Of a DNA stretch of 64,000 nt, positions 20,371 through 32,400 are shown piece after piece. The notes under the pieces were generated by a model. It ran no database searches. It saw only the letters and a program-made list of their open reading frames with translations, and was not told the DNA's origin. This stretch comes from Podarcis erhardii (lineage: Eukaryota). The number at the start of each line of letters is the position of its first letter. Position 1 is the first letter of the stretch. The stretch is from assembly GCA_964252035.1 (NCBI GenBank), contig OZ176211.1; one strand, written 5' to 3'. The position numbers and the translations under genes are program-made.

Positions 20371-22196
20371 GTAAATAAATGGGTCCCCCCCCCCCTTGAG
20401 GGCACAAAAAAGAGCCTGAAGGGAACCGCCGAGGGCTTTGCATGCAGTGGGGGGCGGGGAGGGGAGGGAAACACGGACCCCCCCCCTTATTCATCCGAGC
20501 CAGTGACTTCTCTTTTCTCCCCACCCCCAATTCAGTAAGCACCCCCTCCCTATTTATCCTCGGTAAATGGTGGCAAACAGGTTGGGGTGGGGGTTAAAAC
20601 AGGTGTCTAGCCCTCATTTCCGCACTTGCTCCAGGGAGGCTGGCACCCACCTTGCAAAACCCCCCTTTTTTTTCTTTCCCTGTGGCCAAAGCAACAGGGG
20701 AGAAGCGGGCTTCTCACTATTATAGCATGTTAACAGTTGTGTTTCCAAGCACAAAAGCCTTCATGCTTCCACAGTTGTACGTATCAATGTGTTCGGAACG
20801 GTTCCCTTGTTTTGGGGGCACCCCCTTTGCTTGGCTGCCCCAGTGCTGCAAAGGTGGTGGGTTCAAACCCCTGCCAGAAACTTTCATGCGCTGGCTACAG
20901 TTCATCTTTCCCACGGCTTGTCGCTTCCTTGCATGCTCCATCCAGTCTTTTGGGAAGAAAATTCATCGACGGACATAAAAATGGTATAGTCAGCTTATTG
21001 TGTTTAATTTCCACCCGCCTTGGAGTTTTCTTTAGAAATGTGGTAAGGTAGATGAATTATTGGGAGGTGGACAGAATTTGTGCACAATATCTCCTGAATT
21101 GCATGATGCTGTGATTGAGAACTGCATCTTCACTTCCATTCCAAATGGAAGTTCCACATCCAATATGTGTTTCGAATCCTGGGCTTGTATTGTAGGGTTA
21201 GCAAGGGTGTTTTATATAATTCACCACAAAGTAGGGAGTAATTTTTCTTCAAGGAAACGGCACTTACACTTCTGCACTGCAAGCCGTGGCTTTTAAGAGA
21301 CTCTACTTGAGAGCTGCTTTTCTCACGCTGAGCCAGAATGGAAAAAGAAACAATCAATATATATAATAGACTTTAAACAAGATGTTAATGTATGTGCTGT
21401 CTTTGGCATCCAGGAATTGATACAAATAATTTGAAAGCAATTCTGGAATGTCCCCCACCTTCTGAGTAATTTGAATGCATGTTCACATGCATGAGTATCT
21501 GAGTAAATGTTTTTCCACTTGCCATCATTTAATCATTAACACCCAGAGGTAAGCTGCTTTCTGCTTTTTTTGTCCTTGTAATTTTTTATCTGTTGCATTT
21601 TCCCAGAAAGCCCACAACCCAGCTAACTTTTGTGGTAGATTGGCGAATGAAATAACTGTGGCAATTGGGCCATCTGGCAAAGGAGTGGCAGTATCTTTTA
21701 ATTCCATACATAATTTGATGAATGCAGGAGCCCATGTGGTTATTCTCCTAGGAAAGTATGCAAGTTAATGTGTAAAATGCATAACCACAGTATATTCTGG
21801 AAACTGGATCTAGATAAGGCAAATAAGTTTTTCTTCTGAACCATATGTATGCTTTTTAAAAAAAGTTTATCAGCTTGTAGTCAGTTACAGTGGTTTATTA
21901 TTAAATTTGTATAGCACCCTTTATCTGAAGATCACAGGATGGTTCACAACAACAAAAATACAAGAGAACCCAACCCAAAATACATAATAAAAACAAGAAC
22001 AAAAACAAACCAGTAACATGCCACTCACAAACACATTTGAAATGACATAGAATATTAATCAGCCCAAGGCCTGGTTATCAGCCTTGTAGTGTCAATGTGG
22101 AATTCAAAGACAGGAAAAGATACAACTTGGTAAAAATCTTTAACTATTTGTCTTGATGCTACTAGTGGTAGACCTTGGGTTTCCCAAGTTTTAGCA

Positions 22197-22546
22197 CAGG
22201 AGTCAACAAACTTACTGCGCCTTGGGCCGGTGTCTCCAGCACTGATCGCGCGGTGGGCCGGGGGAGCGCGTGCCCATAAGCATGGGCACACGCTATTTCC
22301 GGTGCACTTCTGGGTCGGAGGAGCACTGGAAATAGCTTGTGCACATGTGCATGGGCCTCCTCCAACCCGGATGTGCACCAGCAATAACGCTTGCGCATGC
22401 ATACAAGCTATTTCTGGTGCTCCTCCAACCCAGAAGTGAGCAGCAGCGCTGCACCAGTAAGAGCAGGCGGTGGGGGGCGCTGCGGACCGGATAAACGAGT
22501 TCCTCAGGCCTTATCTGGCCCGCGGGCCTTAGTTTGGGGACCCCTG
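22197..22546. mobile_element. hAT MITE
   Basis: CAGGAGTC...GACCCCTG; perfect 8-bp TSD TTTTAGCA. Confidence 0.9.
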
Positions 22547-22789
22547 TTTTAGCATCTTATTGGAAGCTTTGGTGGGTTTGGGTTTGTAGTGTACAGGGCA
22601 ATCCTATATATGTCTACTCAGAAGTAAGCCCCATTGAGTTCAGTGGGTGGGCCTTAACTATTGGGTAAGAATATTTGGAACTACAATCTTAAACATTTAT
22701 TCCTTTATAATGGGTTCTGTGTGCTGGATGACCATTTCCATCATCCTTGGTCAGTATGGCCAGTAGTCAGGGGTGATAGGAATTGTGTT

Positions 22790-23085
22790 GTGATGGCTCC
22801 CCATTCGTGGAATGCTCTCCCCAGGGAGACTTATCTAGTGCCTTCATTACATGTGTTTAGGTCCCAGGTGAAAACATTTCTCTTCAACCAGGCCTTTGGC
22901 TGATTATCATTTTATGGCCCTGTAAATGTATTTTTGGGAAGAGGATTATTGGTTTGCCTTTGTTTTTGTATTATGTATTTTCTGTTCTCATTTTGTATTT
23001 TTATGTTGTGAACCACCCTGTGATCTTCAGAAGAAGTGTGGTATACAAATTTAATAAATAATAATACTAATAGTTCAGCAACATC
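22790..23085 (+). mobile_element. Older L2-type 3' end; related copies at about 21893-22078 (-), 37740-38130 (-), 37380-37500 (+) and 40230-40285 (+)
   Basis: Shared tail tgtgaaccaccc...gatctt...gaagggc/tggtatacaaattta. Confidence 0.6.
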
Positions 23086-25482
23086 CAGCGATCCAAAGGT
23101 TAGTTGTCTCTGACCTATAACTAGTACAACGCATTTGATATGAGATAACATTATAGACCTTTGTCCACGATTTCTTAGCTTCAGGGTTTTTTTTTGTTTT
23201 GAGACAAATGCTATACTACACGAATGGCAATAATTCATTATTTATTTTCAAACTGACTGAGTCAATGGAGAAGTCATTCATCAACGCTCCACCTTTCTGC
23301 TCTTCTTTTTTCCTTCCCTGAAACCTTTTCCCTTCAAACAACCTCTACAGCTGGTTTGTTTCATTTTGTTAGAATGGTTGATGCACTTAAGCAGCAAATA
23401 TTATGCTGTGTATGATACTTCCAACTTTACTGCACATCTTCAGATTACTTAAAATAGCTATCAAAAACATGTAGCCACTTATTAGAAACTTGCGTCTAAT
23501 GAAAGATTTGGCGTAATTCAGTTTTACTTTGAAGTCATAATAAGTTACATTACAAATGTATAACCTGAGAGGTTGAAGGATGTGTGTGGAATTAGTATAA
23601 TAGACAATGGGTGTTCTGCTTTACTTGAAAGAGAAATCAGCTGTCTCAGATATCTTGAAAGTCATGTTAGAGGGAGGGAGAGAATAGCATTACTTTCCTT
23701 CAAAGTGAGAATGCATTAATTGCATGCTGGCTGTGGCAGCTGCTAACAATGAAATTGAACTGGGTAATAATTTGGTAGACCAGGTCTGTTAGTGGAACAT
23801 TGCAACCAAGTTGCTTAGTGAGAAGAGCTGCGCAAACTAATAGAATTTTTGGATAGAAAGAAATTTGTGTATGTGTGTGCTTTCATTCCCAACTCAGGGC
23901 TCTCTAAACTTCCACTGGTGTTTATTGAGCAGGTTGTTTTTAACGGAGCATACCTGATTGGTTCAGCTGTCTTGCCTGATTCAGTTGTTCCTGAGTCATC
24001 TGACTCAACATGCTTTGGGCCTTAACATTTTATTAAGTGCACCATTTGAGACTCCTTAGCTGTGCTGGTGCCTTCCTTTTCTTCTCCCTGTGACTGTTAC
24101 TGTGCCAGACACTCACAGATGCCAGTTATTACAGTATACATAACGATACTGTCCTGGTATCTACCAAATTTGGGCCACCTCCCTTGTTTCCCCTTTGCTA
24201 GCTGGTGAAATCATTGTTTCATCAGGACTGTTGAGATCGTTTTTATTTGTGATTGCTGGCATCACAGCATTTAAATTGATTTCAATGTGTATTGTTTTCT
24301 TTTTTTGTATTTTTATGTATTTCATTGTGCTGTTATCAGTTGCCCTTCTGGACATTAAAAGGTGGGGTGGAAATGTTTATAATTCAACTTCAATCTATAT
24401 ACAAGCTAAAGCATAATGAAGAGTTAAAACAGCCTTCATTTCTTGATTTCACATGGCAGCTGATCTTTTAATGTCTTCTAAAGCTGGCCAATGGAAAATG
24501 AGTAGCAATTCACCATTATCCATATAAATAACATTTATTTAGGCTTAAAATATGGAGCTCTAAATTGCACACAGTAATAGGGAAGAGATCAAAACTAAGA
24601 TCATTGTTGGGTAGAGATGTGTGTTAGCGAGTGTATTCTAATTTTAAAACCCTAAAAAGGAATATTAATTGCACATATTGTTGAATATTATTTTTGAGTG
24701 ACCCTCTGGGTTAATAATGTTAGGATGGAAATGATGAAAATTATTATATTCTAAAAATCTGATAAAATGGTTATATGATACTACAAAGCCTGACTGGCTC
24801 TTTGCAAATGACATTCTTTGAACAATGAAAGCTTGTGATAATTTTGCCCAGTGGCATGGAAAAGCTGAAACTTGCCTGTAGCTATAGTGGCAAAAAGGAA
24901 TTGTAACCTAGTAACTTGTACCTGTATCAAGTATATTCCTTACAGCCTCTGTTTACCTTAGTAGTATGCTTGTTCCCTCTTTCCTCCCCTTCTTCTCTAA
25001 GTTATTGCATAATAAGTACATCATGTACAATGCTGCTGATTGTAACTGCCAAAGAATTGGATCCATTTCTCCAGATTTATGGGAGCAAAGTCTCTAAATA
25101 GATAAGCTTTGAGTATGAAAAGGCTGAATGAAACTGTTTTGTCTCTTTGCAGTATTTGAGACTTAACGCTTATATTTTGCGGTTAGTAAAAATTTGTGGT
25201 AGTACTTGACTTTTCATGCACTTACACACCCAGCAGAATGAGGCGATAGAAAGGAAAGAGCAACTTCAGGTTGCAGTAACACATGTCGGATTTCTGGGGC
25301 GGGGATTGAAATTTGCATTGCATTGCAAAAATCTACAGTTTGCATTAAAAACAATCTTTAGCTTGGGTGGCTAACCTGTCACTCAGTTATGGCAGAGCTA
25401 CAACTCCGATAATCTCTTTACCATTTTTCCTACTGACTAATGGTGATGGGAGTGGCAGCGCAGCATGTTTCCCTTGTATTTT

Positions 25483-25820
25483 GTAAAGGTAAAGGTACCC
25501 CTGACGGTTAGGTCCAGTCGCAGACAACTCTGGGGTTGCGCACTCATCTCACTCTGTAGGCCGAGGGAGCCGGCGTTTGTCCTCAGACAGCTTCTGGGTC
25601 ATGTGGCCAGCATGACTAAACTGCTTCTGGCAAACCAGAGCAGTGCATGGAAACACCGTTTACCTTCCTGCTGGAGCCGTACATATTTATCTACTTGCAC
25701 TTGACATGCTTTCGAACTGCTAGGTGGGCAGGAGCTGGGACCAAACAACAGGAGCTCACACCGTCGCGGGGATTTGAACCGCCAACCTTCAGATCGGCAA
25801 GTCCTAGGCTCTATGGTTTA
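25483..25820 (-). mobile_element. Sauria-type SINE, slightly 5'-truncated
   Basis: Reverse complement of the 3932 copy. Confidence 0.9.
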
Positions 25821-26395
25821 TTTAGTAAAGAAGCCTAAAAACTTTGAAACAGAGTCAAGCTTGCCTAATATTTGCAGTTGGCACCCATTCATTGTAACTA
25901 ACGAACTTAAAGAACTTGGAAAAAAGAGAGCTGGAAGATTTTCCACCCTGTATCCCTGAATGCAGATAGGTGATCAAATTTTGACTGCTCCTCTGTGCTA
26001 CTTTACCCTGCAGATAAAAAACAGTGCAGCAGACAAAAGGCTGCACTACAATGGTTGCCCTTGAAATGCTACATTTATCTTTGCAGGGAGTTCTTTTGTA
26101 CATGAGAAGGTATTCAAAAGTGGTTTGCTGCAGCTGTACAGTATCTTGAAGTGGTACAATCCCTTTTATCACCTACTTGTGTAGTCTATGTGAAGCTGCT
26201 TAGTAAAGAGTTTTGAGAGAAATCCTGAACTATTGTCAGTCGGGGGTCTCTTGCCTAATAGTTATGCAACGTTTTGAGTAACAAGCAACCCCTTCAGCAA
26301 ACTGTATTGTGTATTCAGTAGAAAATGTATTTCTGTTCTGTGGCAAATTGCTTTTATTAATCCCAAGCATATTTTGTTACAGGTTCTGGCACAAA

Positions 26396-26463
26396 ATGAA
26401 TATAATTAGGGAAAATAAAGATTTGGCCTGTTTCTACACAACTAAACATTCATGGAGGGGAAA
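26396..26463 (+). CDS. DNAJC13: DNAJC13 exon 2 (start codon; exon begins at 26383)
   Basis: [22 protein letters not shown]|gtaagt. Confidence 0.96.
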
Positions 26464-29400
26464 GTAAGTAGCCTAGTTTATTTTATTCTACAGTTTTGAG
26501 GTGGTAATGACATACAATAGCTTTTGTGCTATCCAGCTGTGAGTTGTCAAACTGGTCTGCTAAAATTTATTTGAATTGGAATATGCTAATAATCTAATAA
26601 TCTCTTTGTGATTAATCATAAATACCACTGATCTCCTAAATAGCTTATTTTTATGAAAGCTTATGTTTCAACAATTTATTAGTTTCAGGACATTTTCACA
26701 CAATCAGTTGTTGAGTGGTCAGTTTATTAACTGCTTCCTATACAATTTATGAACTAGAGATTGATCATTGCATTTCTATGCCGCTTTTCATTCAAATGAA
26801 TCTCAAATAACAACATAATAGAATAGAATATCACAAATGCAACATACAGTGGTACCTCGGGTTAAGAACTTAATTCGTTCTGGAGTCCCATTCTTTACCT
26901 GAAACTTCTTCTTTTTTTAAATAATAATTTTTATTAATTTTCCAATTTTTAATACAAAACAACAACAACACTCAAACATCAACAAATACAAACACATACA
27001 AAGATATCATTTCTTAACCTCATTTTCATAAACCTCCTTTCTCGGACTTCCCCATACCTCACCCTTTTTGCATCCTTGTTTTACAGTTTTTCAACAACCC
27101 TTTTTGCCAATTAAGTTTAAACTCATTGTCATTCTCAATTTTACCTTAAATCATCAAACAATTTTAGCTGCAATTCTGCATCTTCCTTCCCCTTGACATT
27201 TTATCACTCCTCTATTTTACAACAGTTCTTAATATATACTTTAAACTTCTTCCAATCTTCCTCCACTGTCTCTTTCTCTTGGTCGCGGATTCTGCCGGTC
27301 ATTTCTGCCAGTCCCATAAAGTCGATCACTTTCGTCTGCCATTCTTCCAGTGTGGGTAATTCTTGTGTCTTCCAATACTTTGCCAGAAGAATCCTTGCTG
27401 CTCTAGTGGCGTACATAAAAAAAGTCTTATCCCTCCTTAACACCAATTGGTCGACCATGCCCAGGAGAAATGCCTCCGGTTTCTTGTGAAAAGTACATTT
27501 AAGTACCTTCTTAATTTCATTATAAATCATTTCCCAGAAGGCCTTAATCCTTGGGCAGGTCCACCAAAGGTGAAAGAAGGTACCTTCGGCTTCATTACAT
27601 TTCCAACATTTATTATTGGGCAAGTGATAAATCTTCGCAAGCTTGACTGGGGTCATGTACCACCTATAAATCATTTTCATAATATTTTCTTTTAAGGCAT
27701 TACATGCCATGAATTTAGTACCGGTGGTCCATAACTGTTCCCAGTCAGCAAACATAATGTCATGACCTATGTCCTGTGCCCATTTAATCATAGCTGGCTT
27801 AACCGTTTCATCTATTGTATTCCACTTCAGCAACAGGTTATACATTCTTGATAAATTCTTAGTATTGGGTTCTAACAATTCTGTTTCTAGTTTCGATTTC
27901 TCCACCTGGAAACCAATTTTCCTGTCTTGTTTAAAAGTCTCCATTATTTGATAATAATGGAGCCAATCTCGTACTTTGGACTTTATTTTCTCGTAACTCT
28001 GTAGTTTAAGTTTACCACTTTCTTGTTCTAAAATTTCAAAATATTTTGGCCATTTAGATTCCATGTTAAGTTTCTTCACCTCCTTGGCTTCCATAGGTGA
28101 TAACCACCTAGGGGTTTTATTTTCCAGCAAGTCCTTATATCGAATCCAAACATTATATAATGCTTTCCTAACAATATGGTTTTTGAATCCCTTATGAGTT
28201 TTAACCTTGTCGTACCATATATATGCGTGCCAACCAAACATGTTATCAAATCCTTCCAGATCCAGAATGTCTGCATTCTCAAGAAGTAGCCAATCTTTCA
28301 ACCAGCAAAAAGCTGCTGATTCATAATACAATCTTAAGTCCGGCAGGGCAAACCCCCCTCTTTCTTTTGCATCAGTAAGTATCTTAAATTTTATTCTGGG
28401 CTTTTTGCCCTGCCAGACAAATTTAGATATATCTTTCTGCCACCTCTTGAAGCAATCTAGTTTATCCACAATTTGTAATGTCTGAAACAAAAATAACATT
28501 CTAGGCAATACATTCATTTTGATCACTGCAATTCGGCCTAACAAGGAAAGCTTCAAATTCGACCATATCTCTAAATCTTTCTTAACCTCTGTCCAACATT
28601 TATCATAATTATCTTTAAATAAGTTCACATTTTTAGATGTCATGTTAATCCCCAAATATTTTACTTTCTTTGCCACCATTAGCCCAGTTTCATTTTGAAA
28701 TTTCTCTCTTTCAACATTTGTTAAATTTTTTTCCAAAACTGTAGTTTTTTGTTTATTCAGCTTAAATCCTGCCACCTGACCAAAGATTTGGATCAACTCT
28801 AAAACTCTTTTTGTACTAGTGTCCGGCTCAATACTAAGTCATCTGCGAATGCCTTCAGTTTGTACTGTCTCTTTACCTGAAACTTCTTAACCTGAGGTAC
28901 CACTTTAGCTAATGGGGCCTCCCGCTGCTGCCAAGCCGCCGCTGCGCGATTTCTGTTCTCATCCTGAAGCAAAGTTCTTAACCCGAGGTACTATTTCTGG
29001 GTTAGCAGAGTCTGTAACCTGAAGCATCTGTAACCGGAGGTACCACTGTAAATCGTAAAATTAACAAATCATCAATGAAGCAATTACAATTTATAAAACT
29101 GCTAACAAAACAGCAATTAAAAATAAGCTAAACATCACAATTACCGCAAAAGTCATATGATAAACTAATCAGTACAGCGTTTAGTATCTTAAGAACAACA
29201 TTATAGAGAAGTAACTATCCAATATACTAATATTAGACTCCCTTTGAGTATTAATACATATTGTAGCCTATATGGCACAATCCATGCACAAGAGGGAGGT
29301 ATCAGCAGTTTTGGGGAAACTCCAACGTTTGCAGAACAACAAAACCTATTTAGTGGCTGGGAGGGTACACTTAAGAGAACGGGGGGAAACCCCAAACAGT

Positions 29401-32400
29401 TCAGTGAGGACTGAGCATGCTCAGTAGGCACAGAAGGCTGGGTGGGGTAGGGTGGGAAGGGGAAATGGGAGGGGGGAAATACATTGAAAGAAAGCATGAG
29501 TTGGTGACTGGAACTCTGGAGAGAAGTGCTTCAAACTGCAACATATTGTTTCAGGTCTCACACAACTATAACCCCATGTATTTGCTTTGACGCTGCTTCT
29601 TGCAATGCCTGCGTAATCTGCGTTGCGATACAGCAGTGGCGAAGCAGCTTTAATGCATCCCATTTCAAATTCCTGCTTGCCATCAGAGTATATTCTAGGG
29701 TGGGACCTCAAGTTCCATAATGAATGCCTAACTTCTATCGCTTAGAAACGTGCCTAAGTGGGCAGGGGATAATTTTCCTTGCCCCAGATATTGGTGAGTC
29801 ATGTTGATGATTCACCTGAAAGAAGCTTCATGAATGTTTATGGCTTATTTATAAAACAAAAGCGATTTTTGCTGCAATATCTCTCTCCTAATTCTTGTTT
29901 CTTGTTGGTATGTTTTTTAGGTATAAGCGAGTCTTTTCAGTCGGAAGTCATGCCATCACAACATACAATCCTAACACATTAGAAGTTACAAATCAGGTAT
30001 TGCCAAATACATAGTAACTTCATGAAAATGTATTATCTCCAAAACTGGATTGAGTTGGTTTATATGCCAATCCTTTTGAGAGAGGAAGGATGTTTGGGGA
30101 CTAGAGGGAGTTGCATGAGTTAATGCCAGCATTAATGATTTGGCTAACTTATGTCATTTGGTATATGCTCAGATTAATTACAGTGGTGCCTCGCAAGACG
30201 AAATTAATCCGTTCTGCGAGTCTCTTTGTCTAGCGGTTTTTTCGTCTTGCGAAGCAAGCCCATTGACGGCTTAGCGGATTAGCGCTTTTAGCGGCTTAGC
30301 GGATCAGCTGATAAGCGGATAAGCGGATTAGCGGCTTAGAAAGGGGGGGGAGGGAAAAAAAACCCACAGGAACTCGCAAGACATTTTCATCTTGCGAAGC
30401 AAGCCCATAGGAAATTCGTTTTGCGAAGCACCTTCAAAACGGAAAACCCTTTTGTCTAGCGGGTTTTCCGTCTTGCGAGGCATTCGTCTTGCGGGGCACC
30501 ACTGTACCTCATGGTATCCTTCAAACTCGCAGTAAGACAACTGGTTGAGATAATAAAGGTATATTTTCCCCATCCTTTCATTGCCCATTTCTCAACGATA
30601 TATGGATTTCCATCCATATTAGTGAGTGTTAATATTAATGTGGAATGAAGTAGTGCCATTATTTGGAACCCAGGAGTATATTTTTGGTGTCTGGTATCAG
30701 ATAATAAAGAATAGCTGTTGACCTTGATTAAATGAAATGTTATATTTAGTTGCCTTAAGTTTGTACACTCTTCAAATGCTTTGTGGGGTTGATCAGCAAT
30801 TTGATATGAGGGAGTAATAGAATTTTTAAATTACCAAGCGTAATTCTTTACTTTTCTTGTCTTATATCAGATTGCTTGATATCCCTGCTTGGCAATGATT
30901 GTTGTTGAGGAGACAGAAACCTGAAGGACTATAGACTTAATCACAATGTGAAATGTGTGTCATTTCACCTGAATCTTTTAATGCCTTCTCATTATGGATA
31001 TTTTTTTTCCTTGGTACCATGACTGAGTACAGAAACGCTGAATATGCAATACCTAGGACAGTTGGTATCAAAAAGTTTTATTATGAATAAAAATAAAAAT
31101 AGAATACGTTTTAAATCTAGAGTTGGCAGTCTGCCTTGGGTAGCCTGGGGCTTAACTATCACATTCTCATTAAACATGCAGATTGCTGCGATTTCTGACA
31201 CTAGGGGACACACTGGAGATGTCAGTTTTTTTATCTTTGTGCATCTTGCAATTGTAGAGTTGGCTAATTAAGGGCGATGAACTTTAGAAGAGGTTTCTGT
31301 GCCTGATCCTAGGAGTATGGGACAGTGGTGGTTCTTTATCACATTGCCATTGACTAACGGTCTCCCTACCTGGGCTGTTGGATGTTCTGCGCTTGAAGTT
31401 CTGCTACTGGTGTTTTCAGAGGCATAAATGATCTCCTGTTTACACTCTTCCAATATAAGAACTTCTAAACTTGGAGCACCTTAACATCTCTTGTGGGTCA
31501 CTTGTAGGTTAATAGGATGGGATTCAAGCTATGGTTTATGGGTAACCAAACAATTAATGTACCTAGTGGCTAAGAGCCTTATAGTGCCTAAGGTTGGAAG
31601 ACAAACAGCTCTCACCCAGTGGTTTAAAAATCTCACTTCCCTTTCTGCATTTGAATGCATTAAATGTTGTATGGATACCTAAATATGACTCCCTATACTA
31701 ATTTAAATCAGGAAGGATGGAATACTTCCTGTTTGAAGTCAAGTTGGCAATGGTTTTTTTGTTTTGTTTTTAAATATTATTGTTCTTGTTTTTCTCTTTT
31801 TATTTTCAATGTACCATGTGACAAAAATCTCTGTATACGTTTGAGTCATTTATGTTGATATATGAATTTATGATACTATGGTGATAAAATAGAGCATTCT
31901 CCAACTCTGATCTTTTGGTTTAGTGGCCTTATGGAGATATCTGTAGCATCAGCCCTGTTGGCAAAGGACAAGGAACAGAATTCAGCCTCACATTTCGTAA
32001 GGGAAGTGGAAAAAAGTCTGAAACACTTAAGTTTTCTACAGAACACAGAACAGAACTCCTCACAGAAGCCCTGGTAGGAAGCTTCTAGTTCTAAAAATCT
32101 GAATTCCTGGCTACCTTGCACTCTTTATTGCTAACTGTAACGTAATGAGGAACCTTCAGTTTCTGCTGGATGCATGATTTTAGTGCAATATGCAACACAT
32201 GCTTGCCATTTTTAAATTACTGATAACTCTCGGGACAGCAATTACACCTCCACCAGCTATACTTTGGAGCCAAGCTACAGGGTTGGGCTAAAGCAACAAT
32301 GATCCAAAGGAAAATAGCCACCTAGTGCTCTTACAAGTTTGCAATGCTATATAATAGATGGGCTGAATAGCAGTATTTATGCTTCTGCTTATGCAAGTCC

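Noticed and set aside
19922-20542. 206-aa minus and 129-aa plus ORFs
   Set aside because: Stop-poor CpG island; the DNAJC13 start codon is at 26396.
30240-30340. Short repeated TTAGCGG units suggesting a CRISPR or telomeric array
   Set aside because: Internal variable array of MITE family B (also near 52045); no unique spacers, and the context is eukaryotic.
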